Shown: in pieces, positions 20,228-29,285 of the stretch | Position numbering within the stretch: the stretch's first letter is position 1 | How the letters are laid out: the number at the start of each line of letters is the position of its first letter | Assembly (NCBI GenBank): GCA_963828525.1 | Contig: CAWHEP010000009.1 | Coordinates: 64,001-128,000, forward strand | Length of the DNA: 64,000 nucleotides | From: an uncultured Verrucomicrobiae bacterium | GTDB lineage: Bacteria; Verrucomicrobiota; Verrucomicrobiia; Chthoniobacterales; Chthoniobacteraceae | Direction of reading: 5' to 3' | Program-made: the position numbers and the translations under genes | The notes under the pieces: generated by a model | What the model saw: the letters and a program-made list of their open reading frames with translations, nothing else | What the model was told of the DNA's origin: nothing | Database searches by the model: none

Positions 20228-21616
20228 TTAAATTTCGATCGCGTAGCGCTTCATCTTTCCGTAAAGCGTGGGCCTGTGAATACCCAGTATTTGCGCCGCT
20301 TTCTTCTTGTTTCCATGGCATTGCGCCAAGGCGCGCAGGATCGCATCGCGCTCCCTGTCTTCCAGATTCAGGGGATCGGCGAGTGATGCCTTGCCAGTCA
20401 ATTCCTGTAACGCCACTGGCATCTGCACTTCCCGGGGCATCTGTTTCTCGGTAATCACGTTCTCCTCCGCGAGCACGATCCCGTACTGGATCGCGTTTTG
20501 AAGCTCGCGCACGTTGCCCGGCCACGAATAGGCGCGCAGGAGTTCAAGCGCCCCCTGCGTGATCCTCGGTTCCGGGCGGTTCATCTGGGCCGCGAACTGC
20601 CTTGCGAAAAGAGTCACGAGGCTTGCGATGTCATCCTTACGATCCCGGAGGGGCGGGATTTCAATCTGGAACGTGTTGATCCGGTAATAAAGGTCTCGCC
20701 GGAGCGCTCCTTTGCTCAAAGCTTCGCCTATCGGCAGATTCGTGGCAGCGACGAGACGAAAATCAACCTTGGTTGACTTTGTGCTGCCAAGCGGTCGAAA
20801 CTCCCGCTCCTGCAACACCCGTAAGAACCGCGTCTGAAGCTCGGGGGGCATCTCTCCGATCTCGTCGAGAAAAAGCGTACCTCCCGACGCCTCGTGAATC
20901 ATGCCGGGAAAATCGTTCAGCGCCCCGGTGAAGGCTCCCTTCACATATCCGAAGAGTTCCGCCTCAATCATGTTCTCCGGAAAAGCGGCGCAGTTGAGTT
21001 TTATCATCGGCCCTCCGGCGCGCAGGCTCTGCTTATGGATCTCGAGCGCGGCCACTTCCTTCCCAACGCCGCTCTCCCCCGTCAGAAGGATATTAGCTTC
21101 CGATGGGGCCACGCGCGCGATCAGATCCTGAATCTCCCGCATGGGGCGGCTTTTCAACACAGGCTGAGCGCGGCTTTCAGCCTGCTCCAGCTTCTTCGAC
21201 AGCGCCTCCGTCTGCGCCCTCAACGCCTTTGTTTCGCGCAATAGCGCGCTTTGCTCGGTCGCGCGCGCGATCAGCGAGAGCAGTTCCTCGACAGCGTACG
21301 GCTTGCTGATGAAATGGAATGCCCCAAGTTTTATGGAGTCTATGGCGTTCTTCAGGGAATCCTGGGCGGTGAGGATGATGACCATCGCCAGCGCAAAACG
21401 CTCCTTAATGATCGCGAGCGTTTCGAGTCCATCCTGATCCGGAAGCCCGAGATCGAGCAGAATGAGGTCGGGTTTCTCGCGTTCGATTGCAGCCAAACCA
21501 GAGCTCGCCGTATTTGCCACATGGATTTCATATCCATGTCTCTCCAGCAGCGCCTGGAGTGTCATTAAAACCGTCCGCTCGTCGTCAACGACTACGATTT
21601 TCTTTCGAGGGTTCAT
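20228..21616 (-). CDS. sigma-54-dependent response regulator (NtrC/AtoC family)
   Basis: Receiver domain, GESGVGKE, intact GAFTGA, LFLDEIGEM, WPGNVRELQN, Fis-type HTH. Confidence 0.95.
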   Translation of the reverse strand: MNPRKKIVVVDDERTVLMTLQALLERHGYEIHVANTASSGLAAIEREKPDLILLDLGLPDQDGLETLAIIKERFALAMVIILTAQDSLKNAIDSIKLGAFHFISKPYAVEELLSLIARATEQSALLRETKALRAQTEALSKKLEQAESRAQPVLKSRPMREIQDLIARVAPSEANILLTGESGVGKEVAALEIHKQSLRAGGPMIKLNCAAFPENMIEAELFGYVKGAFTGALNDFPGMIHEASGGTLFLDEIGEMPPELQTRFLRVLQEREFRPLGSTKSTKVDFRLVAATNLPIGEALSKGALRRDLYYRINTFQIEIPPLRDRKDDIASLVTLFARQFAAQMNRPEPRITQGALELLRAYSWPGNVRELQNAIQYGIVLAEENVITEKQMPREVQMPVALQELTGKASLADPLNLEDRERDAILRALAQCHGNKKKAAQILGIHRPTLYGKMKRYAIEI

Positions 21617-21641
21617 TCCAGCGCGAGCCCGACTTTCGTCA

Positions 21642-22334
21642 CTACATCAAAACACTTGCGCGCGCCGCCGCCGACCCGTCTCCGCTCTCGCGAAGCGCCC
21701 GGATCGCCTGCCCCGCGTCCTGTGCCTTGCACACGAAAGTACCCGCGACGAAAACGGTGGCGCCGCTTCTCCTGCTCGCCACCGCCGTTTCGTCCGTGAT
21801 GCCACCGTCCACTTCGATGGGGAATATACCCCCGTTTCGACGCTTCCATTCAGCGGCGGCGGCAACTTTCTCCAGCGTTTCAGGCATGAACTTCTGTCCT
21901 CCAAAACCAGGGCGGACGGTCATAACGAGCAGCAGATCGATCTCTCCTAAAAAAGGCAGCACCCGGTCAAAAGACGTGTCGGGGCTTATCGCAAGTCCAG
22001 CCAGCACTCCGCCTTTACGGATCCGGGCGAGCGTCGCGGATGGGTCGGGAGCCGCCTCTACGTGGATGGAGATGCAGTGGGCCATGCTCATGAAACGCTC
22101 CAGATAGTGGTCTGGGTGCGCTATCATCAGATGAACATCGATGGGCAACGTCGTATGCGCTTTCACGGCAGCGACCACCGCCGGCCCGAACGAGATGTTA
22201 TCCACAAAGTTCCCATCCATAATGTCCAGGTGCAGCCAGTCGGCGCCAGCACCCTCCAGCCGGGCGGCTTCCCTCCCGAGGTCGCTGAAATCACACGCGA
22301 GAATCGACGGCGCGATGATGAGAGAAGTTTCCAC
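21642..22334 (-). CDS. rpe: ribulose-phosphate 3-epimerase
   Basis: IAPSILACDF, HLDIMDGNFV, DVHLMI, MTVRPGFGGQKF, EVDGGI. Confidence 0.96.
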   Translation of the reverse strand: METSLIIAPSILACDFSDLGREAARLEGAGADWLHLDIMDGNFVDNISFGPAVVAAVKAHTTLPIDVHLMIAHPDHYLERFMSMAHCISIHVEAAPDPSATLARIRKGGVLAGLAISPDTSFDRVLPFLGEIDLLLVMTVRPGFGGQKFMPETLEKVAAAAEWKRRNGGIFPIEVDGGITDETAVASRRSGATVFVAGTFVCKAQDAGQAIRALRESGDGSAAARASVLM

Positions 22335-22353
22335 TGTGCCTCCGCAATCTGCC

Positions 22354-24120
22354 TCAGGTGAGCAGATCCGGGTAGAACTGTTTCGCGACTTCCTCGCACT
22401 TCGCGAGAATCAGGTCGGAATTATCATAACCGAGGATTTCCTCCACCAATCGAAGACAGACCGCCATGTCGAGGCTCTGCACGGCTCGTTTCACACGAGG
22501 CACCAGCGACGCGCTCGTGCTAAACTCGTCCACACCCAGCCCTAGCAGCAACGGTGTCAGCAGTACTTCGCCCGCGATCTCGCCGCAAACACCCACCCAG
22601 CGGTTGTGAGCATGCCCCGCCTCCACAGTTCCTTTGATTAAGCGGATAATCGCCGGATGCGTTGGCTCATACAGATGGGCGATCCGTTCATTCACCCGAT
22701 CAATCGCAATGGTGTATTGAATAAGATCGTTGGTGCCGAGACTGAAGAAATCCACTTCTTTGGCGATCAGGTCAGCCGAGATTGCGGCGCTTGGCACCTC
22801 GATCATCGCTCCCACCTCCATATTTTCGTTGAAAGCGATTCCCTCATGCCGCAGTTCCTGCCTGCATTCCTCCAGCACCTTATTGGCCCTCCGAAGTTCT
22901 TCGACGCCGGAAATCATCGGATACATCAGGCGCACGTTTCCCAACGCGCTCGCCCGCAGGATCGCTCGCAGTTGGAGTTTGAAGATGTCCACTCTCTCCA
23001 GGCAAAACCGAATCGCTCTCCACCCAAGGAAGGGGTTCAACTCCTCAGGCGCGTCCATCGTTCCGCTGAACTTGTCCCCACCAAGGTCCAGGGTGCGAAT
23101 GATGACTGACTCGGGGTGTATCTGCTCCGCCACCGTGACATAGTTCCGATATTGTTCCTCTTCGCCAGGGAACTCCACCCGGTTGAGATAGCAAAACTCC
23201 GTCCGATACAATCCCACACCTTCGGCCCCGCTTTTCTTCACCGCCTCCACATCTGTGGGGTGCTCAATGTTTGCGGAAAGAATGATGTGCCTTCCATCCA
23301 GCGTGTTGCATGGAGTGGTTCGCAAATCGTTGAGGCGCTCCTCTACCGCGCCCTTTTTGACCTCCAACTCGCCATATTCCCAGAGTGTCTGGTCGCTGGG
23401 GTTTACGATCAGGAACCCGTTGTAGCCGTCCAGCAGCACCTGATCACCCGTCTTCAGCGTTTCGCTCGCGTCGTGCAAACCCACCACCGCCGGGATCGTC
23501 AGAGATCTCGCCATGATTGCCGTGTGCGATGTCTTGCTCCCAACGTCCGTCGCGAAGCCGAGCACAAGCGCGCGATTCAACTGCGCGGTGTCCGAAGGCG
23601 TAAGGTTGTGCGCCACGAGTATGTGCTCATGCTCGATGCTCGCGAGTGTCTTGATGGACTTGCCCATCAGGTTATGCACGACCCGGCGCGCTACATCATG
23701 AATGTCCAGCGCCCTCTCCCTGAGATAAGGATCGTCGATCTCGCTCAACGTTTTTGAATACCTATCCGCCACCTGCTGGAAGATGAACTCAACGTTGCGC
23801 TTGTCTCGCGACAGCGTCCGCAGCACCTCATCAATGAGCGTGCGGTCTTCCACCACCAGCAGATGCGCGTCAAAGATGCCCGCGTCCCGCGCCCCGATCG
23901 CCTCCGCGATTTTCTGCTGCATCTCCAGAATCTGTCCGCGTGTGGCAATCAGCGCAGTTTCAAACCTGGCAATCTCAAAGGGAATCTCCGCCTCTTCGAT
24001 GCTCCGCGCGGGAGCCGCCTCCTCCTCGGTCCGGAAGACGACCACAGTGCCCCTCGCGATGCCGGGAGACACACCGACGCCGTGGTAGCGCTTTTCGCTC
24101 CGGTCCGGCTCTTCGCTCAT
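22354..24120 (-). CDS. ptsI: PTS enzyme I (PEP-protein phosphotransferase)
   Basis: GSKTSHTAIMARS phospho-His, GVGLYRTEF, RTLDLGGDK, NPFLGWRAIR, GTNDLIQY. Confidence 0.96.
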   Translation of the reverse strand: MSEEPDRSEKRYHGVGVSPGIARGTVVVFRTEEEAAPARSIEEAEIPFEIARFETALIATRGQILEMQQKIAEAIGARDAGIFDAHLLVVEDRTLIDEVLRTLSRDKRNVEFIFQQVADRYSKTLSEIDDPYLRERALDIHDVARRVVHNLMGKSIKTLASIEHEHILVAHNLTPSDTAQLNRALVLGFATDVGSKTSHTAIMARSLTIPAVVGLHDASETLKTGDQVLLDGYNGFLIVNPSDQTLWEYGELEVKKGAVEERLNDLRTTPCNTLDGRHIILSANIEHPTDVEAVKKSGAEGVGLYRTEFCYLNRVEFPGEEEQYRNYVTVAEQIHPESVIIRTLDLGGDKFSGTMDAPEELNPFLGWRAIRFCLERVDIFKLQLRAILRASALGNVRLMYPMISGVEELRRANKVLEECRQELRHEGIAFNENMEVGAMIEVPSAAISADLIAKEVDFFSLGTNDLIQYTIAIDRVNERIAHLYEPTHPAIIRLIKGTVEAGHAHNRWVGVCGEIAGEVLLTPLLLGLGVDEFSTSASLVPRVKRAVQSLDMAVCLRLVEEILGYDNSDLILAKCEEVAKQFYPDLLT

Positions 24121-24147
24121 GGCTCCGAGCGTATGGGGAAGCGAAGA

Positions 24148-24459
24148 TTAATCTTCATCGAAGCGCTTCTGAATCAACACTTCGATCTCTTGCAGAGCTT
24201 TTTCGGCGTCGCGCCCTTCGCACGTAACCTGCAGTTTTGAACCATTTCCAGCCGCGAGCATCATCAGTCCCATGATGCTCTTCCCGTTCACTTGCTCCCC
24301 ATCCTTCTCGACCCAGATGTCGGCGTCGAAGCGGCTGCAGACTTTCACGAACATTGCGGATGGCCGGGCATGCAAACCCAGCCGGTTGAGGATGGTCAAC
24401 TCCTTGCTAACTTTTGCCCCTGCCTCCTCTGGTGGCTTGCGGCTCAAAAGTCCCATCAA
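24148..24459 (-). CDS. ptsH: phosphocarrier protein HPr
   Basis: NRLGLHARP (His15) and NGKSIMGLMML (Ser46). Confidence 0.95.
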   Translation of the reverse strand: MMGLLSRKPPEEAGAKVSKELTILNRLGLHARPSAMFVKVCSRFDADIWVEKDGEQVNGKSIMGLMMLAAGNGSKLQVTCEGRDAEKALQEIEVLIQKRFDED

Positions 24460-25415
24460 TGTTCCTTCTCCTTCGTGTTCATCTTATCTAAAAGTCGTTC
24501 ATTAAAGAGCATCGCGCTGTTGTGACCCATGCCTTTCAGCTTCTGGTCCAGCGCCGCAACCTCCACCAACCGGGCAAGGTCGCGGCCCACACGCACGGGA
24601 ATGGTTACATGAGGCACCAATATGCCCAAAATATCGTAAAATTCCTGCTCGAGCCCGATCCTATCAACTTCTTCCAGTTCTTGCCAATCTTTTAGTGTAA
24701 CAATCAGGTCCAGTCGTTTTTCAACTCGAATGCTCCCGATGCCGAAAATGGAGGTCACATTGATGATCCCGAGGCCCCGCACCTCCATGTGAAACCGCGT
24801 CAGATCTGGGCGCGTCCCAATGAGTTCCCGTCCCTCCAGCGCGCGCAGGCGCGTGACGTCGTCGCTCACAAGGCTGTGCCCCCGCTCGATCAGACCCAAA
24901 ACACACTCGCTTTTCCCTATGCCGCTCGATCCTCTCACCATCGTCCCGATCCCGAGGATGTCCACCATGCTGCCATATTCCGAACATACTGGCGCGAAAT
25001 CCATCTCCAGGGCGATCGTGGCCGCGTTGATGAAGTTCATCGTGACCATCGGACTTTGAAATACCGACACCTTCGCCTGATCCGCCTCCTCCAGCAGGAT
25101 TGGCGACGGGCGCGCGTTCCTGGAGATCACCACGCAGGGTATTTTTCGGGCGAAAAGGGTTCGGCAACGCTCCCGCACCTGATCTTCGGTGAGGCTGTTC
25201 AGATACGACCGCTCGGCGCTTCCGAGAACTTGTATCCGCTTTTCCGCGAAATATTCGTAGAAGCCAGAGAGCGCCAACCCCGGGCGGTTAATCGTCGGTT
25301 CTTTGATTCGCCTCCCAAAGCCCTTGTCTGACCCAAGAAGGCTCATCTGCAAGCCCTCCGAATGCCGGGCGTAAAACTCGCCAACCGTTATGCTGGGAGC
25401 GCGCGCTGGCTTCAA
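24456..25415 (-). CDS. hprK: HPr(Ser) kinase/phosphorylase
   Basis: NRPGLALSG, GSSGIGKSE, GHSLVSDD, HMEVRGLGIIN, PVRVGRDLA. Confidence 0.96.
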   Translation of the reverse strand: MKPARAPSITVGEFYARHSEGLQMSLLGSDKGFGRRIKEPTINRPGLALSGFYEYFAEKRIQVLGSAERSYLNSLTEDQVRERCRTLFARKIPCVVISRNARPSPILLEEADQAKVSVFQSPMVTMNFINAATIALEMDFAPVCSEYGSMVDILGIGTMVRGSSGIGKSECVLGLIERGHSLVSDDVTRLRALEGRELIGTRPDLTRFHMEVRGLGIINVTSIFGIGSIRVEKRLDLIVTLKDWQELEEVDRIGLEQEFYDILGILVPHVTIPVRVGRDLARLVEVAALDQKLKGMGHNSAMLFNERLLDKMNTKEKEH

Positions 25416-25990
25416 GAGAAGACCGGCTCGATCAAGCCGAAGTCGCCATGCTTCCGGCGGTAGAGGACATTCACTTTTTCGCTCTTTGCGTTCAGGAAAA
25501 CTACAAACTGCCTGCTCGACATTTCAAGTTGCAGCACCGCCTCATCCAGGAACATCGGCTTCACGGGATATTTCTCCGTCTGGATCACCTCGGGTTCACT
25601 CTCCTCCGCCATGTCGTCCAGGCCTTCAGCGGTCACCACCTGCTCGTCTATATGCTGGACCACCCCGCGCCGCGGCCGATGCTGGCGCATGATCTTCGTC
25701 TTGTACTTGCGCATCTGTTGCGCGATCTTATTGACCGCTTCATCGATCGAAGCATAGAGATCCGCCGTTTCCGCGCTGGCCTCGATTGTGATGTGATTGC
25801 AGCAATGCAACACCACTTCCGCCATGTGCCGATATTTCTGCACATCGAGGATGACTTGAGCTTCGATAATTTTCGGATAATCCAGATGCACGCCTTCGAT
25901 CTTCTTGAACGCGTAGTCTTTGATCGCGTCTGTTACCGTCACGTGACGGCCAGTGACTTTGATCGGCAGGTTTATGTTCGCTACTTGCAT
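25412..25990 (-). CDS. hpf: long-form ribosome hibernation promoting factor
   Basis: VTGRHVTVTDAIKDY, DLYASIDEAVNKI..QMRKYK, C-terminal KPMFLDEAVLQL...VLYRRKHGDFGLIEP; start at ATG 25990. Confidence 0.92.
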   Translation of the reverse strand: MQVANINLPIKVTGRHVTVTDAIKDYAFKKIEGVHLDYPKIIEAQVILDVQKYRHMAEVVLHCCNHITIEASAETADLYASIDEAVNKIAQQMRKYKTKIMRQHRPRRGVVQHIDEQVVTAEGLDDMAEESEPEVIQTEKYPVKPMFLDEAVLQLEMSSRQFVVFLNAKSEKVNVLYRRKHGDFGLIEPVFS

Positions 25991-26033
25991 GTTTTGGGGG
26001 TCCTTCTGTTTGGGGTTAAAAATTCGCCCATGC

Positions 26034-26795
26034 TCACATCTTGAAACGTTCGCCCAGGTAGAGCTGGCGACTGATGGGATCATTGATCAGGAAATCCTTG
26101 GATCCCTCGCTCTCCACTCTTCCCTCGAAGATCAGATACGCGCGATCCACGATAGACAAAGTCTCGCGCACATTGTGGTCGGTTATCAGTATGCCCAAGC
26201 CGGAATCCCGAAGATTTGAGATAATCTGCTGCACATCATATACCGCGATGGGATCCACTCCGCTAAATGGCTCGTCGAGCATGAGCAGACTGGGTTGCGT
26301 GACGAGAGACCGCGCGATCGTCAGCCGCCGCTTCTCTCCTCCGCTGAGAGTCAGTGCTATGTTCCGGGAAAGATGCTCGATTCCGAACTGCGTAAGCAGC
26401 TCCTCACAGCGATGTTTGCGATCATGGCGATTCATCGGCCGGGTCTCAAGGATGGCCATGATGTTCTCGCGAACGGTCATTTTCCGAAATATTGATTCCT
26501 CCTGCGGCAAATATCCCATCCCCATCCGGGCGCGGCGATACATCGGAAGATCCGTCACATCCTGATCCTGGAAAAACACGCTTCCTCCATTTGGGCGCAC
26601 CAAGCCCGCGATCATATAAAAACTCGTCGTCTTCCCCGCGCCATTTGGCCCAAGAAGACCCACGATCTCCCCGCGCTTGAGGTTTATGTCCACCCCATTC
26701 ACCACGGCGCGCCCCCCGTAAACCTTTACCAGCTTGTCCGTGCGCAGGATGGGCGCGCCATTCAGAGCCGGAGGCAACGCGGTGGCGGAGATCAT
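26034..26795 (-). CDS. lptB: LPS export ABC transporter ATP-binding protein
   Basis: GLLGPNGAGKTT, YLPQEESIFR, LSGGEKRR, DEPFSGVDP, ITDHNVRETL, YLGERF. Confidence 0.96.
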   Translation of the reverse strand: MISATALPPALNGAPILRTDKLVKVYGGRAVVNGVDINLKRGEIVGLLGPNGAGKTTSFYMIAGLVRPNGGSVFFQDQDVTDLPMYRRARMGMGYLPQEESIFRKMTVRENIMAILETRPMNRHDRKHRCEELLTQFGIEHLSRNIALTLSGGEKRRLTIARSLVTQPSLLMLDEPFSGVDPIAVYDVQQIISNLRDSGLGILITDHNVRETLSIVDRAYLIFEGRVESEGSKDFLINDPISRQLYLGERFKM

Positions 26796-27532
26796 CGGCT
26801 GGCCGCGGCGGCAGGGGCGGGAGCGGGCGCCGGCGAGGGTTCAGGCGCTTGCGTGAAAGTGGTAGTGCTTGGCCCGCGCGTGCGGATCGTTCCCGCGCGA
26901 TTGATAACCATCACGGTATGCTCCGAAAGAGACACATGCGTGTTCGTATCCTGCTCAATCTGAGGCCAGCCAGTCAAAGTCACGTCTCCAGTCGTGGTAT
27001 CATATATCGCCTTTGCCCCTTTGCCGATGTAATGCTGCACCTTGCCGGTCTTGGGGTCCAACTTGTCCTGGATGATGACCACGCTGCCTTCAGCGATCGC
27101 CCTCTCCAGATTGCTGCTCCCGGTCGCATCCGCCGCCCCGCTGCCTTGCGAAGGTGCCGGTGAAGATGCTTTCTTGACCCCTGGAGTCACTCCCGGCTTG
27201 GCCGCAGCCGTATCTGAACTCGAACCTTGTTTCTTTAATACGGCGGTGAGAGTGTCGCAGGAAAGCGTGTAGTCAGGATCCTTTACCGCGACATTTCCCA
27301 CAAAGACGGCGGTTCGATTTTGCTGACTGAATGTCACCTCCTGTGAAGCCGTGATCTGCGTGACTTTTGCTGGAGGAGGAGTCGCGGAAGCAACTTCCGC
27401 CCCGCCGAGTGTCATCTTCACAGATTCCGCGCCGAACAACCCCGCGCTACAGGCGGAACAAGCCAGCAACAGCCCGACTTGCCGCCATGCCGCCCCGCCC
27501 CTCCGCGCGTCGTTCGTGAAACGCCCGCTCAC
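26792..27532 (-). CDS. lptA: LptA/OstA family LPS transport protein
   Basis: Signal-like N-terminus; AVFVGNVAV, LSCDTL, AIAEGSV, VTLTGWP beta-jellyroll pattern; lies between lptC and lptB. Confidence 0.8.
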   Translation of the reverse strand: MSGRFTNDARRGGAAWRQVGLLLACSACSAGLFGAESVKMTLGGAEVASATPPPAKVTQITASQEVTFSQQNRTAVFVGNVAVKDPDYTLSCDTLTAVLKKQGSSSDTAAAKPGVTPGVKKASSPAPSQGSGAADATGSSNLERAIAEGSVVIIQDKLDPKTGKVQHYIGKGAKAIYDTTTGDVTLTGWPQIEQDTNTHVSLSEHTVMVINRAGTIRTRGPSTTTFTQAPEPSPAPAPAPAAAASR

Positions 27533-28005
27533 GAGCCCCCCTTCGCGCCCGCCATTTTGTCCCCATCGAATATCAACATACGAACTTTTCCGGTCAGCTT
27601 GCCCTCGCCACTCACGGTGTCATACACCGCGCCTTGCCCGCTTAGCTGAAAATCCGAGCGTGAAATTGTCACCGGCCTGTCACTCGTCACTACTCGCGTA
27701 TTCAGGTCCAGCAGCGCGCTCAGCAGATTGATCTTTAACTCGGGTTCCTTCCGGCTGTTGTACGTCTGGATTTGGGCGTTAGCCATTTGCAAATGATCAT
27801 TGTCCACCCGCTTCGCCGAATCGATCATGAAATACATCTGCAGACTTCCCCCTTCAAATACTGGAAATCGCAGCCCATTGGCATCCTGTCCCACTTCGAT
27901 GCCTGGATCGTACTTCGGAGCATTTTTTTTCGGTGGAGCAGCGAAGCATTCCACTGCGGACAGGAATGCGAGAACCCCGGACAGGCAGCTAACGAACGAT
28001 TTCAT
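27529..28005 (-). CDS. lptC: LptC-like LPS export protein
   Basis: N-terminal hydrophobic anchor; VVTSDRPVTI...LSGQG...GKVRM jellyroll; between kdsA and lptA. Confidence 0.7.
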   Translation of the reverse strand: MKSFVSCLSGVLAFLSAVECFAAPPKKNAPKYDPGIEVGQDANGLRFPVFEGGSLQMYFMIDSAKRVDNDHLQMANAQIQTYNSRKEPELKINLLSALLDLNTRVVTSDRPVTISRSDFQLSGQGAVYDTVSGEGKLTGKVRMLIFDGDKMAGAKGGS

Positions 28006-28816
28006 TCAGGCTCTTCAACGTTTTTAAGATGCTCGGCAACCTGGACAACGGCACCTGATTTGGACCGTCGGAGAGAGCAAGCTCAGGCTTCTCATGCGTC
28101 TCAATGAACACCCCATCGCACCCCGCCGCAACTGCCGCTCTCGCAAGGACTGGCGCGATAACACCGTCTCCGCCGCTTTTATCGCCGCCACCCCCTGGAC
28201 GCTGAACCGAATGCGTCGCGTCGAACATTGTCAGGAGGCCTTCCTCGCGCATCCAATATAATGAGCGCATGTCAGCCACGAGATTATTGTAGCCAAAAGT
28301 CGTTCCACGCTCAGTGAAGAAGAACTTGTTGTTCCCTCGCTCGCGCAGTTTCTCGGCGATATTCCTCACATCCCAAGGAGCAAGAAACTGGCCCTTTTTG
28401 ACATTCACAACCCGACCTGTTTCAGCCGCCGCCTGGATAAGGTCGGTTTGCCGGCACAGAAAAGCAGGTATCTGCAGAACGTCGATGAATTCACCAGCGA
28501 TCTCCGCCTCCGCGACCGAATGCACGTCCGTGGTTACCGGCACATCAAGCTCCCTGCCGATCTCCCCCAATATCCTGCAGCCTTCGATAGCGCCTAATCC
28601 CCGGAACGAATGAATCGAGGTGCGGTTCGCCTTGTCATAGGAGGCCTTGAAGATGAACTGCGCTCCAGCGGCCTGGGTGATTTTCTTCAGCTTCCTCGCC
28701 AGTCGCCATACGAATTTCTCGGATTCGATGACGCACGGCCCCAGCGTGAACACCAGTTCGCCGCCTCCCATCTCCACCCCGCCAATATTCAGCGGCTTCC
28801 GCTTTGTCTTCTTCAA
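27989..28816 (-). CDS. kdsA: KDO-8-phosphate synthase
   Basis: GPCVIES, FKASYDKANRTS, QIPAFLCRQTDL, KKGQF, ERGTTFGYNNLV, DATHSVQRPG. Confidence 0.97.
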   Translation of the reverse strand: MKKTKRKPLNIGGVEMGGGELVFTLGPCVIESEKFVWRLARKLKKITQAAGAQFIFKASYDKANRTSIHSFRGLGAIEGCRILGEIGRELDVPVTTDVHSVAEAEIAGEFIDVLQIPAFLCRQTDLIQAAAETGRVVNVKKGQFLAPWDVRNIAEKLRERGNNKFFFTERGTTFGYNNLVADMRSLYWMREEGLLTMFDATHSVQRPGGGGDKSGGDGVIAPVLARAAVAAGCDGVFIETHEKPELALSDGPNQVPLSRLPSILKTLKSLNEIVR

Positions 28817-28846
28817 GCCTGCTCTCGTTTGCCTCGTTCCATCCGG

Positions 28847-29281
28847 TCAGTTCCCATAGCTCTTGGAGAACTTTTTCCGGCCTTCATCCGCGGCTGGCGC
28901 GGCGCCAGTCTCAATCGCGGGTGCTGGCGCGGCTTCCGAGCCTCCCGCGCTATCCACCGGCGGCGCGGACTCGGGCGCGCCCGGCTGGTCCCCCGCCTTC
29001 AACTTTTGCGACACTTCGTAGAACGTAATCTGAAGATTGCTGATCGCGTTATTCAGCACCCCCATCTCGTCGTTTGAAAGATTTCCTTTCGTCTTCCCGC
29101 GGATCATTACCAGTTGGTCGATGAACAATTTGGATAGCTCAAGGTTTACTTCCGGCTGCTCTCCCCGGGGGTTAGGAATTTGGCCCAGAAACAGCGCGGC
29201 ATTCTGAGCCTGCATCATAACAAACTCTATAAAGCGCTGCGCCATCTCGCCGGAATTTGTGGAGCTTTGAACTTCTGCCAT
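28847..29281 (-). CDS. DUF1844 family protein
   Basis: ALFLGQIPNP...VNLELSKLFIDQLVMIRGKTKGNLSNDE; start at ATG 29281. Confidence 0.8.
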   Translation of the reverse strand: MAEVQSSTNSGEMAQRFIEFVMMQAQNAALFLGQIPNPRGEQPEVNLELSKLFIDQLVMIRGKTKGNLSNDEMGVLNNAISNLQITFYEVSQKLKAGDQPGAPESAPPVDSAGGSEAAPAPAIETGAAPAADEGRKKFSKSYGN

Positions 29282-29285
29282 GATC